Shown: positions 1-11,524, numbered from the stretch's first letter. The stretch is 64,000 nt of DNA from Phyllobates terribilis (GCF_046119375.1 NW_027362771.1:532952001-533016000); one strand, 5' to 3'. Translations and numbers: made by a program. Notes: generated by a model from the sequence alone, not told the origin.

Positions 1-323
1 CACCACCACTATGTGGGCCCATTATACTGTATGGAGGACTATGTGGGGCCCATTATTCTGTAAGGAGGACTATGTGGGGCCCATTATTCTGTATGGAGGA
101 CTATGTGGGGCCCATTATACTGTATGGAGGACTATTTGGGCCCATTATACTGTATGGAGGACTATGTGGGGCCCATTATTCTGTATGGAGGACTATGTGG
201 GGCCCATTATATTGTATGGAGGACTATTTGGGCCCATTATACTGTATGGAGGACTATGTGGGACCCATTATTCTGTATGGAGGACTATGTGGGGCCATTA
301 TACTGTATGGAGGACTATGTGGG
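1..323. repeat. 30/31-bp minisatellite (CTATGTGGGG[C]CCATTAT[A/T]CTGTATGGAGGA), left part of an array split by the Gypsy insertion
   Basis: About 10 tandem copies visible; the same unit resumes at 8273 directly after the LTR. Confidence 0.97.
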
Positions 324-1333
324 TGACGCGCCCCCTGAGCCGTGTGTGCACATGTGTGGGTTACCCGGAGCCAGGTCTCTGGGGGTTGTAGTCTCCGTGG
401 CGGCGACCCGGTCCCGTGGCTCAGGGTGGTCAAACCAGTGGCAGTCTTTTATAGGTTTTAGGTTAATTGTCCGACTACGCCACCCGTGGATTGCGGTCAG
501 GGTGTACCGCCGCTGCGAAGCAGACCGCTGAGGCTGGTGTTGTATGCGCAGCAGAGAATGGGATGACTCCCCACGGGAGGAGTATAGCCTCAGGGCAGTG
601 AATGTGGATGATGGGAGTGATGGTGCACGAGCGCAGCAGGAATGACTCAGAGTCTTTGCAGTGCAGTTCAGGGTCTTTACTGATGATAATAAGGCAGACC
701 CTCCCGGGAGTACTGGCTAGCATAAGAGGCCTGGTCAGCCTGTGAGCAAATAGGAGTTCCCCTGGCCAGGTGGAATTGTAGGCCTCCCCGTCTGTCTGCA
801 CTCTTCCTGGCTACCTTGCTGTAAGCGAGTGGAAGTAGCCCACGTCCCTGAGTGTACCGTGTAGTGCTCACCCGTATGGCTGGTGACTTGGGGCCTTCTG
901 ATAGCCTCCACTCCTCGATGGCGGTGCTGGTCCCTTGCTCGTGACTGAGCCTCCGGGCTTCTATGGCCAGAGGACCTGGAATCCCCTGCCGGCTGGTTTC
1001 TGCTGCTGGACTTAAAGATCCTTGCAGCCTCGGACTCCGGTGTCCGGTTCTTAGATTCTTCTGCCAGGGCGAGCTATGCTCAGCTCCAGCCCCTGGTCTT
1101 CAGCTCCTGCTCCTACAGAGCTCCTTGCTGTTACTTTCCCTGTGTCTGGAACTAACTCCAGGCTCTGACTTTCTAAGCCCGCCCCAGACCCAGTTTATAA
1201 GGGCAGATTCCTCCCCTCCCAGGACTGGGCAGGAGGTGTTGCATGTTTAAGGGCTCCTGACCAGGAAACCTCCCACTTGCTCTCAGACGTAATATTTCTA
1301 TTACTGTGGTAACCAGACCCCTGGGGTGCCACA
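324..1333 (-). repeat. 3' LTR of element A
   Basis: Direct repeat of 7264-8272; adjacent to the PPT; AGTAAA poly(A)-like signal at 676-681 (minus). Confidence 0.96.
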
Positions 1334-1342
1334 TTCCCCCCT
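1334..1342 (-). promoter_or_regulatory. Polypurine tract of element A
   Basis: Minus strand reads AGGGGGGAA immediately before the TGTGGCACCCC LTR start. Confidence 0.9.
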
Positions 1343-1790
1343 AGTGAATTTTAGTACTCCGGGACTAAACACATTTTTTAAGAAAAACACAATTACAAGG
1401 TATAACAATAACATAACATATGTACAAGGACATTTTGTCTTTAAGGTCACGGCGCTTCCGTAAGCGGGTGTCCATATCACCCAAGGTGAAGTTTTAGAGT
1501 AGGGGACCTGTCCAAAGCAAACCCCAAGCGTTGGCCCTGGGCGTGGCTGCAAGGCGAAGCTAACTACTTTGGACCACATAGGGCCACGCCAGACAGGTTT
1601 TCCTTCCGTGGCCGTCTTCGCAAGAGGCACCAAGTGCAACTAGCTACAATGTAGTTCCGGTTATTCAGCGTCCATAACCTGTCAGTCCAAATAAACCTGA
1701 AGGGTAACTAGAGAAACATAATTAATAAACAGGCAACAGACATAAACGATTTTCAACATTAGCAGTTTACAGGTAAATTCACATTACAGT

Positions 1791-4700
1791 TTAGATTCTC
1801 CAGCGAGCGGGCATCTGTCCTCTAGTGTTCCTGGTGGACCTACGTAACCCACTATCTGGTTCTGCACTACAGGGTGTAGGAGGTGTTACGGGCAGGCCTG
1901 GCTGCTTTCTGCGTACTCTTTGGCTTACTAGGGGCACGGCAGGCTCACTACTAGCAGAGGGTTGATTCTCCTGGGCTGCTGGTATGGATTCTTCTGCCTC
2001 CTGGGCCGGCTGCTCTTCTGACACTACCTGTTCTTCTGTAGGCCCTTGAGGGGCTGGCTGGAGAAAGGTGAGGACGGGTACCACGATAGCGTTGTTGATT
2101 TGTGTCCAGGACTGGGGAAAGTCACCGAGTACTGTACTGATCATTTCTTCCCTTTCCTCTGCGGGTTGAGGGTTCTCTTGATCTTCGTCAGTGCTTTGCA
2201 GCTGCTCGGGACACTTTTTCAGGTGGTCTCTGGAGACAATGGCTGTGGTTTCTCCTCCATCCTTACTGATTATGCAGACTTTTGGATTATCATGGCTTGA
2301 GGGCAGTACTGTGTACGGGTCCTTCTTCCACTGGTCCTCCAACTTGTGGAGCCGCCTCTTTCTCTTCAAGACCTGTTCTCCAGGTACCAGGGGGACAGTG
2401 GGAGCATGCTGGTTATAAGTCTTCTCTTGCCTTTCTCTTGCTTGAGACAGACTTCACTCGACGCTCTCCTGTACTTTCCGATACTGCTGCTGCCGTTCTG
2501 TATCCCAGTCTGCCTCTGGCGAGGTGTCCTCAGGTGTCAGGACTCCCATATCCAGGTCAATAGGCAGCTTACCAGGTCTTGCTCTCATTAGGTAAGCCGG
2601 GGTACAGTTGGTGGAACCTACGGGGATGTGATTATACAAGTCCACCAGATCAGGCAGTTTTTCAGGCCACAGACTGCGTTCTTCCAGGGGCAACGTTTTT
2701 AGCAAGTCTATCACCACCTGGTTCATTTTCTCACATAGTCCGTTGGTCTGAGGGTGATAGGGCGTTGTTCTTATCTTCCTGCAGCCATACAGATTGCAGA
2801 ACTCTTGGAAGACCTCCGCTTCGAAGGCTGGCCCTTGGTCAGTCAACACTTGCTCCGGATACCCGTGTGGATGGCAGAAGTGCTGCTGGAAGGCTCTAGC
2901 TGCTGTTTGAGCCATTAAGTCCTTGACAGGGACCACCACCAGGAACCGGAAGTAGTGATCTACGATGGTGAGGGCGTAGACGTACCCAGATTTGCTTGGA
3001 GCCAGTTTCACATGGTCCAGGGCTACCAGTTCCAGTGGCTGCCTGGTGATGATGGGCTGCAGGGGAATCTTCTGGCTGGCGCGGTCCTTCCTTCTTAGGT
3101 TGCACGGGCCACAGTCTCTACAAAACCTCTCGATGGCTCCTCTCATGCCTACCCAGTAGAACCGTCCACGCAACAGGAACTCCAGCTTCTTCCATCCGAA
3201 GAGTCCTGCTCCGTCGTGGTATGCCTCCAGAACCATAGCCGCGTCTCGTCTTGGGACCACTACCTGCCAGGTCAGCTCATGTGTTCTAGAGTTGACCATT
3301 CTCCGGCACAGCTTCTCCTTGTAAAGAAACAGTTTACTTTTCTCCTTCCACAGTTGCTTGGTCTCCTCCGGAGCGTCTGGATCAAGACGGGCATCAGCCT
3401 GTGTCAGCATTTCCTTCACCAGACGGACTGCGGGTTCACTGTCTTGTGTCTCCGCCCAGCTGTAGTGGGGTAAGGGATTGAACGTAGCAGAGCGCCTGTC
3501 CCTTACACGGTGGGAATACAGGGTAATCCCATGACGGTGGAACGCAGGGAGCTCGACTTCTTCCAGTTCTTCTGGATCTTCCCCTACGTCCTGTAAGTTT
3601 TGGATTCTGGACAGGGCATCCGCGTTGGCATTTGAGCGTCCCGCCCGGTATTTGATGGTGAATTCATAGTTGGACAGGCGGGCCATCCATCTCTGCTCCA
3701 GCCTTGCAGTGTCCAGGTGTGTCAACGGGTTGTTATCCGTGTACACGGTGAACTTGGAAGAGGCAAGGTAATGCTTGAAACGTTCGGTCACTGCCCACAC
3801 CACTGCCAGGAACTCTAGCTTGAATGAGCTATAATTCTCAGGGTTTCTCTCTGTGGGCCGTAGTTTTCGGCTGGCGTAAGCGATTACCCGTTCTTTCCCC
3901 TGCTGGATCTGGGACAGTACGGCTCCTAGCCCGATGTTGCTCGCGAACGTGTGAAGGATAACGGGCTGGACGTAGTCAGGGTACACCAGGATTTCATCCC
4001 CCGTGAGGGCCATCTTCAGCTGGCGGAAGGACTCCTCTTCCAGCTTTTCCCACCTGAAGGGCGGCTTCTGGTTTTTGACCTTCCTGGATTGACCTATCAA
4101 GAGGTCCTGCATAGGAGCTGCCATTTTGGTGAAACCGGGAATGAATCTTCGGTAGTAGCCTACCAACCCGAGGAACTGCTGCACTTCCTTTATGCTGGAG
4201 GGTCTTGGCCAGTCTTTAATCACGGTGATCTTATCGGGGTCGGGAGCCACTCCGTCAGCACTCACCACGTGTCCCAGGTACTGTACCTTTGGTTTCAGCA
4301 GGTGACACTTGGAGGGTTTCACCTTTAGGCCGTAGCTTGCCAGGGCGTCAAACACTTCTGCCAGGTGTTTCAGATGGTCCTCGTAGGTTTTGGAATAAAC
4401 GATGACATCGTCCATGTATAACAGGACTGTCTCGAAATTCCGGTATCCCAGACAGCATTCCATCAACCGCTGGAAGGTTCCTGGTGCGTTGCAGAGCCCT
4501 AACGGCATACAGTTGAATTCGCTGAGACCCATCGGGGTGGTGAATGCAGTCTTCTCCTTGTCTGCCTCTGCTACAGGAACCTGCCAGTACCCGCTAGTAA
4601 GATCCAAAGTGGAGAAGAAGTTAGCAGATTTTAATGCAGCTAAAGATTCTTCTATTCTAGGTAATGGGTACGCATCTTTGTGTGTGATACGGTTGACCTT

Positions 4701-5918
4701 TCTGTAGTCTACACACATTCTCATTGTGTTGTCCTTCTTTTTCACTAGAACTAGTGGAGCTGCCCAGGCGCTACAGCTGTCCCTGATTACCCCAGCCTCC
4801 TTCATGTCCCGCAACATCCCCTTTGCATGCTGATAGTGTGCAGGGGGTACAGGTCGGTATCTTTCCTTTATGGGAGGATGGTCTCCTGTGGGGATGTGAT
4901 GTTCTACCCCCTTTACTCACCCGAAGTCTAGCGGGTGTTTACTAAAGACTCTTTCGTACTCCTGAACCACCCGGTAGACTCCCTGTTTTTGGTGTGAGGG
5001 AGTGGAGTCAGTACCCAAATGCAGTTGCTGACACCAGTCCTCCATTTGTTTCTTAGAGCCGTTACCTTCCTCTGGTTGAGATGGAGGCAAGGGTTCCACA
5101 GCCCTTACAGAATTTTGGTTTATGGTGAACAATTTGGCTAGCGTGGCATACCAGGGCAGGTATACTTCTCTCTCCCCGATATTTATGATGCGGACAGGCA
5201 CCCTCCCATGGCGTACATCGACCACCCCCTGTGCTGTCAAAATGGTGGGCCTACTGTCTGAGTAGACGGGCTCTACCATTGCTTGGTAGTCTCTACCCCT
5301 TAGACCAATAGCTGCCCGGCACCAGATCATCATCTCACTTTTCGGGGGCATGGCAATAGGGAACGGGTCACACATTCTCACGCTACCAATCTCACCACCA
5401 GATAGTTCCACTTGTTGCCGTTTCATCAGAGCCCGGATCTCTTTTTGGAGAACACGCTGCTGTCTGGAACTGGCGTTCTTGGCAACCTGCTGTAAAATGA
5501 GAATTATCTCTGCAAGACAATTTTCAATCACGTTAGTTCCCAAGGTTATTTTAGGGTGACTCTCATGACGGTCAATGTCCACAATATTCAGTCCTTGTGC
5601 CGCCAGTTCGACTTTACCGATTTTAATGGTCACCTCTTTGAATCCCACCTGCGGCACGGGCTGACCATTGCTGGCGATGATACTCAGGTCGTCATCTGGG
5701 TAGCGGGTTATGTCCGAGTCATTCCAATACCGCTTAAAGAGCACATAAGGGATGGTAGTTACCTGTGACCCGGTGTCTAGTAGGGCACTCATAGGAATGC
5801 CATCCAGTACCACAGGCAAGACTGGACGTCCCCCTACGTATTTATCACGCCAGTTCGATGGGCCTGATGACCGTATGCCTGGGGGTTTGCCCTCTGCTCC
5901 AGGTTGTGCCCGTTTAAA
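1791..5918 (-). pseudogene. pol: pol polyprotein (aspartic protease, RT, RNase H, integrase) with two in-frame TGA stops
   Basis: ORFs 4917-6038, 2454-4817 and 1791-2369 are one reading frame split by TGA at 4917-4919 and 2454-2456. Motifs: LLDTGSQVT (PR); LDLTSGYWQV, MPLGLCNAPGTFQR, LLYMDDV (RT); YSSFKLEFLAV, VYTDNNPL (RH); ALDHV / TDQGPAFE / NGLCEKMN (IN D,D,E). Confidence 0.95.
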
Positions 5919-6865
5919 TGACAGTACCTTGCCATATGTCCGGGTTGATTGCAGCGGCGGCAGATGGGTTGTCCGTCCTCGTTGTATCTGTCGCTGGGTC
6001 TTCCTCTGGACGATGGGATCCTCCTCTGTCGGCGCCACGGGACGTCCTCCGGTCCGGATGCCAGCTGGATCTTTCCTGGAGGAGAGACCTGTAAAGACTG
6101 CACAGTTCTGGTTAGCGCAGCAACGCTTTTGGTTAGCTCTTGGACCTGATGGTGCAGGTCTGTAGCCGGGTTGTTGTCCAAAGCCTGCGCATCAGCTCCC
6201 ACAGGCCCTGCAGACAAGGGCGCCTTCTCCTTGGGATAAGTGATAGCGGGGCGCCTGTGGGTTACAGTGCCACCTGGTGCCGGTTCTCGGAGCACCCGGA
6301 TGGCTCTGTCCTTGAACTGTGCAAAATCTAAATCAGGGTCCTGTAGGGCCATTGCCCGCAACTGGGTTCGGTGGGCATTGGACAGTAGACCCTCTATGAA
6401 TTGTTCAGTCAACAGCTTTTCTTCATTCCGCACGCTGTCAGGGTCTGCCTGCTTAATGGCTCTCAGGGCCTCCTGCAAGTTCAAAGCATAGTCCCTTATA
6501 CTTTCTTGTGCCCGTTGCTTGCACCCATAAAATCTTAGTTTGATCTCCGCTGAGGTACGGGTATCAAAAGTGTCCTTCAGACGGGCTAAGATCTCCTTCA
6601 CAGTCTCCTTGTCCCTGACTGACCAGGACTTTACTTCACGCTGGGCTGCGCCGGTTAACTGGCCTATCAATATGATCACTTTTTGTCCCTCCGTCAGGGG
6701 GTATACTTTAAATAGGCTGTACAGTCTCTCTTTAAAGTCGCTTAGGGTATGCGACTCCCCTGAGTATTGGGGCAGCCAGGCCGCTCCGGGGATGTATGGC
6801 ATTGTGAACGGCATTACTGTGGCAGTGGCCGCGCTGGTGGTAGAGGGTCCCTCCGTGTCCGACAT
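5834..6865 (-). CDS. gag: Gag (343 aa) with C-terminal CCHC zinc knuckle
   Basis: Open 343-codon ATG ORF downstream of the PBS; capsid-like FYGCKQRAQESIRDYALNLQ; knuckle CRRCNQPGHMARYC. Confidence 0.93.
   Translation of the reverse strand: MSDTEGPSTTSAATATVMPFTMPYIPGAAWLPQYSGESHTLSDFKERLYSLFKVYPLTEGQKVIILIGQLTGAAQREVKSWSVRDKETVKEILARLKDTFDTRTSAEIKLRFYGCKQRAQESIRDYALNLQEALRAIKQADPDSVRNEEKLLTEQFIEGLLSNAHRTQLRAMALQDPDLDFAQFKDRAIRVLREPAPGGTVTHRRPAITYPKEKAPLSAGPVGADAQALDNNPATDLHHQVQELTKSVAALTRTVQSLQVSPPGKIQLASGPEDVPWRRQRRIPSSRGRPSDRYNEDGQPICRRCNQPGHMARYCHLNGHNLEQRANPQAYGHQAHRTGVINT
5875..5918 (-). promoter_or_regulatory. -1 ribosomal frameshift signal gag/pol (U UUA AAC plus downstream stem-loop)
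   Basis: Slippery heptamer TTTAAAC at 5912-5918 in the correct gag phase (CAT TTA AAC); pol is in the -1 frame; CCTGG...GGGCAAACCC...CCAGG stem 8 nt downstream. Confidence 0.8.
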
Positions 6866-7240
6866 CTTCCTCCCCCCTAGTTAAGTGTGGCCTACCTTCC
6901 GTCGATCCTCTTCCGTAGGCCGCGGCTCCGCTGGTGCTGCTCCGGGCGAGGACCTTGCGTCGCGTCCTGGTGACGTCAGGGTCGCTCTCTCTCCTTCCAG
7001 GACCTTGCGTAGGGTCGGTGCGTAGGGCGGGGCTTCAGGTCTCGCGCGGTTTGGACGTCCACGCCCCTCTTCTTCCCGCGCGGCGTCCTGAAGATGGCGT
7101 CCGATGGCGGGAAAACAGCTGAAGACGGCGGGAAGCGACTGAAGATGGTGGGAAACAGCTCCGGATGGCGGGAAACTTCACTCAGGTAAGTACAAAGTCT
7201 TTTTCAGGCACGCAATACCTGTTTGTGGCTGTTTGGTCAC

Positions 7241-7259
7241 AATCCTGCCGACTACGCCA
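7241..7259 (-). promoter_or_regulatory. Primer-binding site complementary to the tRNA-Ser 3' end (element A)
   Basis: Plus strand AATCCTGCCGACTACGCCA equals the 3' 19 nt (with CCA) of vertebrate tRNA-Ser(AGA/TGA); 4 nt from the LTR. Confidence 0.92.
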
Positions 7260-7263
7260 AAGT

Positions 7264-8272
7264 TGACGCACCCCTGAGCCGTGTGTGCACGTGTGTGGGT
7301 TACCCGGAGTCGGGTCTCTGGGGGTTGTAGTCTCCGTGGTGGTGACCCGGTCCCGTGGCTCAGGGTGGTCAAACCAGTGGCAGTCTTTTATAGGTTTTAG
7401 GTTAATTGTCCGACTACGCCACCCGTGGATTGCGGTCAGGGTGTACCGCCGCTACGAGGCAGACCACTGAGGCTGGTGTTGTATGCGCAGCAGAGAATGG
7501 GATGACTCTCCACGGGAGGAGTATAGCCTCAGGGCAGTGAATGTGGATGATGGGAGTGATGGTGCACAAGCGCAGCAGGAACGACTCAGAGTCTTTGCAG
7601 TGCAGTTCAGGGTCTTTACTGATGATAATAAGGCAGACCCTCCCGGGAGTACTGGCTAGCATAAGAGGCCTGGTCAGTCTGTGAGCAAATAGGAGTTCCC
7701 CTGGCCAGGTGGAGCTGTAGGCCTCCCCGTCTGTCTGCACTCTTCCTGGCTACCTTGCTGTAAGCGAGTGGAAGTAGCCCACGTCCCTGAGTGTACCGTG
7801 TAGTGCTCACCCGTATGGCTGGTGACTTGAGGCCTTCTGATAGCCCCCGCTCCTCGATGGCGGTGCTGGTCCCTTGCTTGTGACTGAGCCTCCGGGCTTC
7901 TATGGCCAGAGGACCTGAAATCCCCTGCCGGCTGGTTTCTGCTGCTGGACTTAAAGATCCTTGCAGCCTCGGACTCCGGTGTCCGGTTCTTAGATTCTTC
8001 TGCCAGGGCGAGCTCTGCTTAGCTCCAGCCCCTGGTCTTCAGCTCCTGCTCATACAGAGCTCCTTGCTGTTACTTTCCCTGTGTCTGGAACTAACTCCAG
8101 GCTCTGACTTTCTAACCCCGCCCCAGACCCAGTTTATAAGAGCAGATTCCTCCCCTCCCAGGACTGGGCAGGAGGTGTTGCATGTTTAAGGGCTCATGAC
8201 CAGGAAACCTCCCACTTGCTCCCAGACGTAATATTTCTATTACTGTGGTAACCAGACCCCTGGGGTGCCACA
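7264..8272 (-). repeat. 5' LTR of element A
   Basis: Direct repeat of 324-1333, followed on the minus strand by the PBS; candidate TATAAA at 8133-8138 (minus). Confidence 0.96.
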
Positions 8273-9333
8273 TGGGGCCATTATACTGTATGGAGAACTA
8301 TGTGGGGCCCATTATTCTGTATGAAGGACTATGTGGGGCCATTATACTGTATGGAGGACTATGTGGGGCCATTATACAGTATGGAGGACTATGTGGGGCC
8401 ATTATACTGTATGGAGCACTATGTGGGGCCATTATACTGTATGGAGCACTATGTGGGGCCCATTATTCTGTATGGAGGACTATGTGGGGCCATTATACTG
8501 TATGGAGCACTATGTGGGGCCATTATACTGTATGGAGCACTATGTGGGGCCCATTCTTCTGTATGGAGGACTATGTGGGGCCATTATACTGTATGGAAGA
8601 CTATGTGGGGCCATTATACTGTATGGAGGACTATGTGGGGCCATTATACTGTATGGAGCACTATGTGGGGCCATTATACTGTATGGAGCACTATGTGGGG
8701 CCATTATACTGTATGGAGCACTATGTGGGGCCCATTATTCTGTATGGAGGACTATGTGGGGCCATTATACTGTATGGAGCACTATGTGGGGCCCATTATT
8801 CTGTATGGAGGACTATGTGGGGCCATTATACTGTATGGAAGACTATGTGGGGGCCATTATACTGTATGGAGGACTATGTGGGGCCCACTATTCTGTATGA
8901 AGGACTATGTGGGGCCCATTATTCTGTATGGAGGACTATGTGGGGTCCATTATTCTGTATGGAGAACTATGTGGGGCCCATTATTCTGTATGGAGGACTA
9001 TGTGGGGCTCATTATTCTGTATGGAGGATTATGTGGGGGCCATTATACTGTATGGAGGATTATGTGGGGCCCATTATTCTGTATGGAGGACTATGTGGGG
9101 CCCATTATTCTGTATGGAGGACAATATGGGGCCTATTATTCTGTATGGAGTTGTTGATTGTAAGCTCTTATGAGCATTATTTTTGTTTTAATTATTGTAT
9201 TATCTTTAGCTATGTTACTTATGACTGTTGTATATGAACCTCTGAATTGTAAAGCGCTGCAGAATATGTTGGCTCTATATAAATGAAGATTATTATTCTG
9301 TATGGAGGACTATGTGGGTCCATTATTCTGTAT
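8273..9333. repeat. 30/31-bp minisatellite, right part (interrupted at 9151-9297 by an L2 tail)
   Basis: Same unit as 1-323. Confidence 0.95.
9151..9297 (+). mobile_element. 3' end fragment of an L2-clade LINE (or derived SINE) inserted in the minisatellite
   Basis: Ends TGTAAAGCGCTGCAGAATATGTTGGCTCTATATAAATGAAGATTATTATT; the same tail family occurs at 19211-19317. Confidence 0.7.
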
Positions 9334-9403
9334 AGTGGTTGGCCTGCGGCTTTGTCCAAGTTTTTCATTTTGGCCCTCTGTGTGTTTGAGTTTGGCATCC
9401 CTG
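9334..9403. mobile_element. Right end / TIR of a putative hAT (Charlie-like) non-autonomous transposon carrying the minisatellite
   Basis: Ends GAGTTTGGCATCCCTG (revcomp CAGGGATGCCAAACTC, resembling the CAGGGGTGTCAAACTC hAT terminus); the same ~65-bp flank follows the second array at 24421-24483. Confidence 0.6.
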
Positions 9404-9429
9404 CTATCGGGCTAAGAACTTATTGCCAG

Positions 9430-11040
9430 GTAGTTTTTAACTACCTGCCTGTCCTGTCCTACACCGATGTCTTCTGGCTCAGAGCGGGTCATGGACCACT
9501 ACTTCCAGCAATTCTCCTGCTTCCTGAATACTGAATGTGTGAACGTGTCCTTAGGGTTGTTTCTTGCAATAGGTGGCACTAGAATTCAAGTCCTCTTCCC
9601 CTCTGAAGATGCAATTTGCATTTTTACAAGACAAAGGCAAAGTACAAACAGAGTTTTTTGATGTGGTCAAAGAAGATGAATTTTTTTTAAGCAGACACCA
9701 CATCAAGAAACAATTATTTTCTTTTGGAGAAGTTTTTAATTTCCTGGAGAGTTTCCTGAAATGCTCTTTGAAACCTTTTAATTGCAAAGTGCCTCGTTTA
9801 GAGAAGTTTCCTACAGGATCTTCTAGAAAGAAGTAATATGAACTTTTCAAAGTGTTTTCAAAACCTTTTCAGGAAACAAAAGCTCAACAAACTTCTTAGC
9901 ATTTGTTCACACTTAAAAGAAGTGACATACTCAATCTTCAGGTGCCTAAATTACCTGCTCTGGATACTTGAAGTACCGTTGGGGTATGTACACACAATGT
10001 CTTTATCAGACAGATTCTGCTTGAAATCCGTCTGAAAAATTGCTTTAAAAATGCTAAAAAATTAACATATGCACTGCAATGTCAAAATAACTTGCTGTGA
10101 ACATTTTCAGCCTTTTCGAACTTCTTTTAACTATTTCGGGCTTTGAAAGACATGAAGCGGCTATAAGAAGTGACCTATCCATTCTTTATGCAGCTTCATT
10201 TTGGAAGTCGCTCATTAATAAATATCAAAATGTTCTTAAAAAAGATGAAAAAAAATGTTTTAAATATGCCAGAGAAAGATGTTTCTTGTCAAAAAACGTT
10301 GGTAGGTCCTGCAACGTCTTCCTCTGGCAAAACTCAGCATCTGCTCCAAAAATTCTGCAAAAAAGCACAAACAACAAAAACACCCCAACTCTCAAATCAA
10401 AATTCATGTTTTTTAATCTCTCATGGTCTTTGAAGAGTTTCTGCTCCAGAACACACATCAGAGTCTTTTTGCTGAGTTTTTGGATCAGAAACTAAGCGAA
10501 AATTCAAAGTTTTTGAGGAGTTTTGAGATTTGGAGGAGGATTTGGAAAGCTTCTCCACTAAAAACTCCTTGAAATACTCTGTGTGCACATAGCCCAAGGA
10601 TATGTGCACACAACGTCTTTTATATGCCAGCATTCCCACCGAATTTTCCCAGACAAAGATGCTTTAAGAAAACCCTGGCAGAGTTCTTGAATTCTTTTTG
10701 GACGTCCTTTGCGGTGGCTTCGCCGCAGGGATCTTTTTTCCACTTTCTATATGTAAAATAGTGGTGGCTTCTAAGCAGAAGCCACCAAAAAAAGGACTGG
10801 TCACTTCTCTTGGCCGTTTCAAGGATTTCGAAGCCTGAAGCGGTTAAATGAAGTGACAAAAGATGGAACATATGCACAGCAGAGTCGTTTTGACATTGCT
10901 GTGCATTATGTTCATTCTTTGTAGCATTTTAAGGGTGTGTTTGTGCTTTTTCTGTTTTTCTGTCGCTCTTTGGGCTAAAAACTCATAAAAACAAACAAAC
11001 AAAAAAGCCACTAAAAAAAGCTCAATAGAATGAAAGTAAT
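9430..11040. repeat. Cluster of decayed palindromic MITEs (GGCTATGTGCACAC / GGGTATGTACACAC-type ends, Harbinger-like)
   Basis: Recurrent GTGTGCACATAGCC, GGGTATGTACACAC and AAAAACTC/GAGTTTTT inverted motifs; individual boundaries not resolvable by eye. Confidence 0.45.
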
Positions 11041-11099
11041 CATTTCTATTTAAAAATGACTTGCTGTTCATATGTTCAGGCAAAAGACAAGTGTTTAAC

Positions 11100-11524
11100 A
11101 GTAGTAACTGGGACAAGGGGGCATCCTCTACGTAGAGGAAAGGAGGTTTAATCATAATCACAGACGGCGATTCTTTACTGTAAGAGCAGTGAGACTATGG
11201 ATTCTCTACTGTAAGAGCAGTGAGACTGTGGAAGTCTCTGCCTCATGATGTTGTAATGGTTGATTCACTACTAAAATTCAAGAGGGGTCTGGATGTCTTC
11301 CAAACATATAATATTACAGGATATGTGCACTAGATTCTGTGATGGGACATTGATCCAGGGAACTAGTCTGATTGCTGTATGTGGAGTCGGGAAGAAATTT
11401 TTCTCCTAATATGGAGCTATTAGTGTCTGCCCCATGGGGTTTTTGCCTTCCTCTGGATCAACATGTTAGACTATAGGTTGAACGCGATGGACTTAAGTCT
11501 CTGTACAACCTTAAAACTATGAAA
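11100..11524 (+). mobile_element. CR1 LINE 3' fragment
   Basis: Degenerate ORF2 C-terminus (TRGHPL..RRF..FFTVRAVRLW.SLP..VV...FKRGLD) and CR1-type 3' end GGTTGAAC-CGATGGACTT...AACC; short tandem duplication of TACTGTAAGAGCAGTGAGACT. Confidence 0.75.

Larger units (their letters stand above)
324..8272 (-). mobile_element. Full-length Ty3/Gypsy LTR retrotransposon (element A), coding region decayed
   Basis: Two ~1010-bp direct LTRs (TGT...TCA on the minus strand), about 97% identical by eye; tRNA-Ser PBS; PPT; gag with CCHC; pol in PR-RT-RH-IN order; 4-bp TSD TGGG (320-323 / 8273-8276). Confidence 0.97.

Noticed and set aside
475-1250. ORFs apparently conserved between LTR copies (108, 64 and 95 aa; likewise in the element B LTRs)
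   Set aside because: Conservation simply reflects LTR duplication; no recognisable domains.
1334-1790. Possible env or extra ORF between pol and the 3' LTR (112-aa ORF 1301-1639)
   Set aside because: Too short, runs into the LTR, and has no signal peptide, furin site or fusion features.
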